The translations under genes and the position numbers were made by a program. This document shows, piece after piece, positions 60,907 to 64,000 of a DNA stretch of 64,000 nt. Every line of letters starts with the position of its first letter. The first letter of the stretch is position 1. Source of the stretch: Azolla caroliniana (Eukaryota > Plantae > Polypodiophyta); assembly GCA_043228905.1 (NCBI GenBank), contig JBHGNT010000016.1, forward strand, positions 11,160,001 to 11,224,000. Reading direction: 5' to 3'. The notes beneath the pieces are model-generated. The model had not been told where the DNA came from and did not search any database. It was given only the letters and a program-made list of their open reading frames with translations.

Positions 60907-63900
60907 TGTGAAGAATCAAGAGATGGATTATGTGCAACGGAATAGATATGAACTGTGTGTGTGTATGAGAGAGCGAGTGAGTGAGTGAGAGATACACGGA
61001 GTAAAACACAGAGAATACGCAAGGTAAAGTATATTAGCAAAGGAGAAAGACTCAACACTTTACAAGGTGGGAGGAGGGTGCTTTATATAGTCACCCTCTC
61101 TCTTCATTAACTACAAGACTCATGGAGCATGGGGAATGTGAAAGCTCATAAGTTATGTGTCATAAAATATGATTCTATGACTCATACTAAATGCTAGAAT
61201 ACAAAGTGGTCACATAATGGTGACTCTTGACCGTTGGAGTGTCTATTCACTCTCAAGGTGAGTTCACACACTAGACCAAGTTGAGCTTGATTCTCAACAT
61301 GTCCCCTCAAGCTCAAGTCAGGTTGGTTTCAGACGATATTTGAAATCCTCTTCGACTCGCGTTCCAGAGTCCGCGTCGACTCGCTTTATGCGGAGTTGTG
61401 GAATCCGTGCTCTAGCTTGCGTTGTGCGTAATTGTGAAGTCTATGCTTCGGCTTGCATCTTTCTTCACGGCTTTGTTGCGTGGTTGCGGAATCCACACGT
61501 TATTGCGTAGTGCACGGTTGCAGAATCTACGCATTATTGCACAGTGTCTTCAGTACTCCCCCTCAAGCTTGGCAAGTCATGGATCGTCAACCCGAGATCG
61601 GTCATGAATTGCCATAGCTTGTCGGCTCCTAAGGCTTTAGTGAAGATGTCGGTCGTTTGAAGATTGGTGCTAATGTGTTGTAGGTCAACATCGCTAGCTA
61701 GAACGCGCTATTGGATGAAGTGATAGTACACTTCGATGTGCTTTGTCCACGTGTGGAACATCGGGTTCCGAGCCAGATAGATATTGCTCATGTTGTCGCA
61801 GTAAAGGGAAGTCGGATCCTTGATGGGTACGCCCAGATCCTTGAGTATCCTTTTGAGCCATACGGCTTCACATGCGGCCACTGCCGCGCCCCTGTATTCT
61901 GCCTCTATGCTCGAAAGAGCGACGGTTGGTTGCTTCTTGCTGCTCCAGGATATTGCTCCGTTGTCGAGGGAGAACAAATCCGGAGGTTGATCTTCTATCA
62001 GCTTTGTAGCCGGCCCAATCGGCGTCTGTGTACCCCTCGAGTCGTATTGGCATCGCGGTCTTGTAGAGGATGCCACAATCCATTGTGCCGCTCACGTATC
62101 GTAGAACTCACTTAGCGCAATCCAAGTGAGTATCACACGGTGTTTGCATGAATTGGCTAAGGAGACCGACCAGATAACTGAGATCGGATCGAATGATCGT
62201 GAGGTAGATGAGACTCCCGATGAGTTGCCGATACTGAGTCGGCTCACATGCTTTGGTGCCGGAGTTCGCATCGAGTTTGAGATAACGATCGAGCGGGGTT
62301 GCCACGGATTTGCACTCATCCATCCTGAACTTGTATAATAAGTTGAGGATGTAGTGCCGTTGAGAGATCATGATTCTGGCAGGAGTCCGAATGACCTCGA
62401 TATCGACACCTTCATGTCTGTCATCTCTAACTTGTCGGAAAGGAGGGATTTGACCTTATTGATTTCGACGAGATGCTCACCTCCAATGACTAGGTCATCC
62501 ACATATAAGATGATGACGATCGGACTTGTGGAATCTCTTTATATGTAGAGGGAGTTGTCCGATTTTGACATACGAAAGCCGATTTGATGAAAATATTGCG
62601 TTATCTTTGAATGCCAAGCACGCGGTGCTTGCTTGAGGCCGTAGAGTGGCTTCTTGAGTTGGCATACAGCTTTTGGATGGGTGCTCAAGTTGAAGTCGGG
62701 TGGTTGTATCATGTACACCTCCTCTTCTAATTCGCCTTGTAGAAAGGCGTTCTTGACGTCCATTTGATGGAGGTGCAACCCTTTCGCCGCAGCAAGCGTA
62801 ATTACGGTCCGTACCGTCGTCATCTTTGCCACCGGGGCAAAGGTCTCCTCGTAGTCAACTTCGTGCGTTTGGGCGTAGCCTTTTGCTACGAGTCGCGCTT
62901 TATAGCGGTTGACGGAACCGTCGGCGTTATACTTCACTTTGTAAATCCATCTGCATCTTATCGCCTTTTTGTGTGGTGAGGTGGGAACGAGATCCCACGT
63001 CTCGTTCTTGCTTAGTGCCTGCATCTCCTCGTTCATGGCTTCGATCCATCACGGATCCTTGGTTGCTTTGGAGAATGTTTCCGGCTCGTGTATTGTCGCC
63101 ACCTTCATCATAAAGGCATAGTGATATGCCATGTAGTCGTTGTAGCCGAATCGGCTGACCGGATTCTTTTCACGGGTGGATGAGGGCTTTCTTAGCTCCG
63201 ATTGGTACATCGAAGCCGCCGAACTCATTGTCGAGTGAGTGAGTCAACTCATTGTCATCGAAGCGATCATCTTCGCCTTGCCTTTGTCCATCTTCGGGCT
63301 AGGCCGTGATGTGCTTTGATCGCTCAAAGGCTCTTGTGGTCCGCTCAGTCGGGTCGTGATCGGACTTTCTTCGGGCATGCGCGTAAGGCGATCTTCATCC
63401 TCTATCTCTTGTTCGGCGGATTCCGGGTCGAGCAGAGTCGGAGTCGAAGTTGTCTCTAGTGCGTACCAAGATGCAAACTCGTCAAAAACGACGTCTCGAC
63501 TTACTTGAGATTTTCGAGTTGAGGGGTTGTAGCACTTGTACCCCTTTTGGTCCAGTGAGTATCCTACGAGGATACATTTCTCTAACTTCGGGTCAAGCTT
63601 TTGACGCTTCTCGTCGGGGGTGTGCATGTACGCTATCGCGCCGAATATCCGGGTGTACGATAAGTCCGGCTTCTTTCCGAAGTGTTTTTCGTGCAGAGTG
63701 ACCTCATGCACGCCGGATGTTGTGCACTGGTTCATTAGGTAGACGACCGTATTTGTAGCTTCGGCCCAATATGACTTGGGCATATGCTTCTTGTTCATCA
63801 TGGCCCGTGCTACTTCAAGAATGTGCCGATTTTTGCGCTCGACTACTCCGTTTTGTTGTGGAGTGTGTCGGCAAGTGAATTCTCGCCGAATTCCTTCCTT

Positions 63901-64000
63901 TCAGAGATACGCCATGAAATCATATGAGAAGTACTCCTTGCCGCCATCCGATCGAAGACATCGTACATGTCAGCCCGTGGCTTTCTCAACTTCATTCTTG
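60907..64000 (-). mobile_element. Copia-K (Ale/Ivana-like RT): 3' LTR 60907-61299 and degenerate INT-RT-RH, inserted into the Copia-C RT
   Basis: TGTGAAGAATCAAG...CTTGATTCTCAACA TIR, PPT at about 61302-61312, YKARLVAKGYAQ, DVKNAFLQG, SWSSKKQPTVALSS. Confidence 0.9.

Overview
This window is eukaryotic (plant) repeat DNA made up entirely of nested LTR retrotransposons; I found no host gene. The Ty3/gypsy types suggest a non-seed plant such as a fern, lycophyte or bryophyte, but that is inference. Element names below are my own labels. Left block: Gypsy-1 (1-5323, -, tRNA-Trp PBS) is inserted into Copia-A (5324-8672, -). These are followed by a minisatellite, a Gypsy-2 gag relic (9417-11740), the copia relic L carrying a solo LTR, and the copia relic B. 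From 15556 the old Copia-C hosts three insertions. The first is an intact, very young Tnt1/Tork-like copia, N (16039-21663, 1357-aa ORF, TSD CATCT). The second is Copia-D (22814-59839), swollen to 37 kb by Gypsy-E (which holds Copia-F), solo LTR G, and Copia-H > Copia-I > Copia-J. The third is Copia-K (60907 to beyond the window). Two observations stand out. (1) Gypsy-E has no polypurine tract; in its place is a sense copy of a tRNA-Arg 3' end, i.e. a second, inverted PBS, which suggests tRNA priming of both strands. (2) Copia-J is a three-LTR chimera that captured 2.9 kb of the 3' flank of Copia-F, a donor lying in the same window, resembling retroviral-style transduction. Also noted: a tRNA-like Pol III cassette inside a gypsy LTR, U3 arrays of co-varying CCGG palindromes, and two different Gag modules on one Pol.
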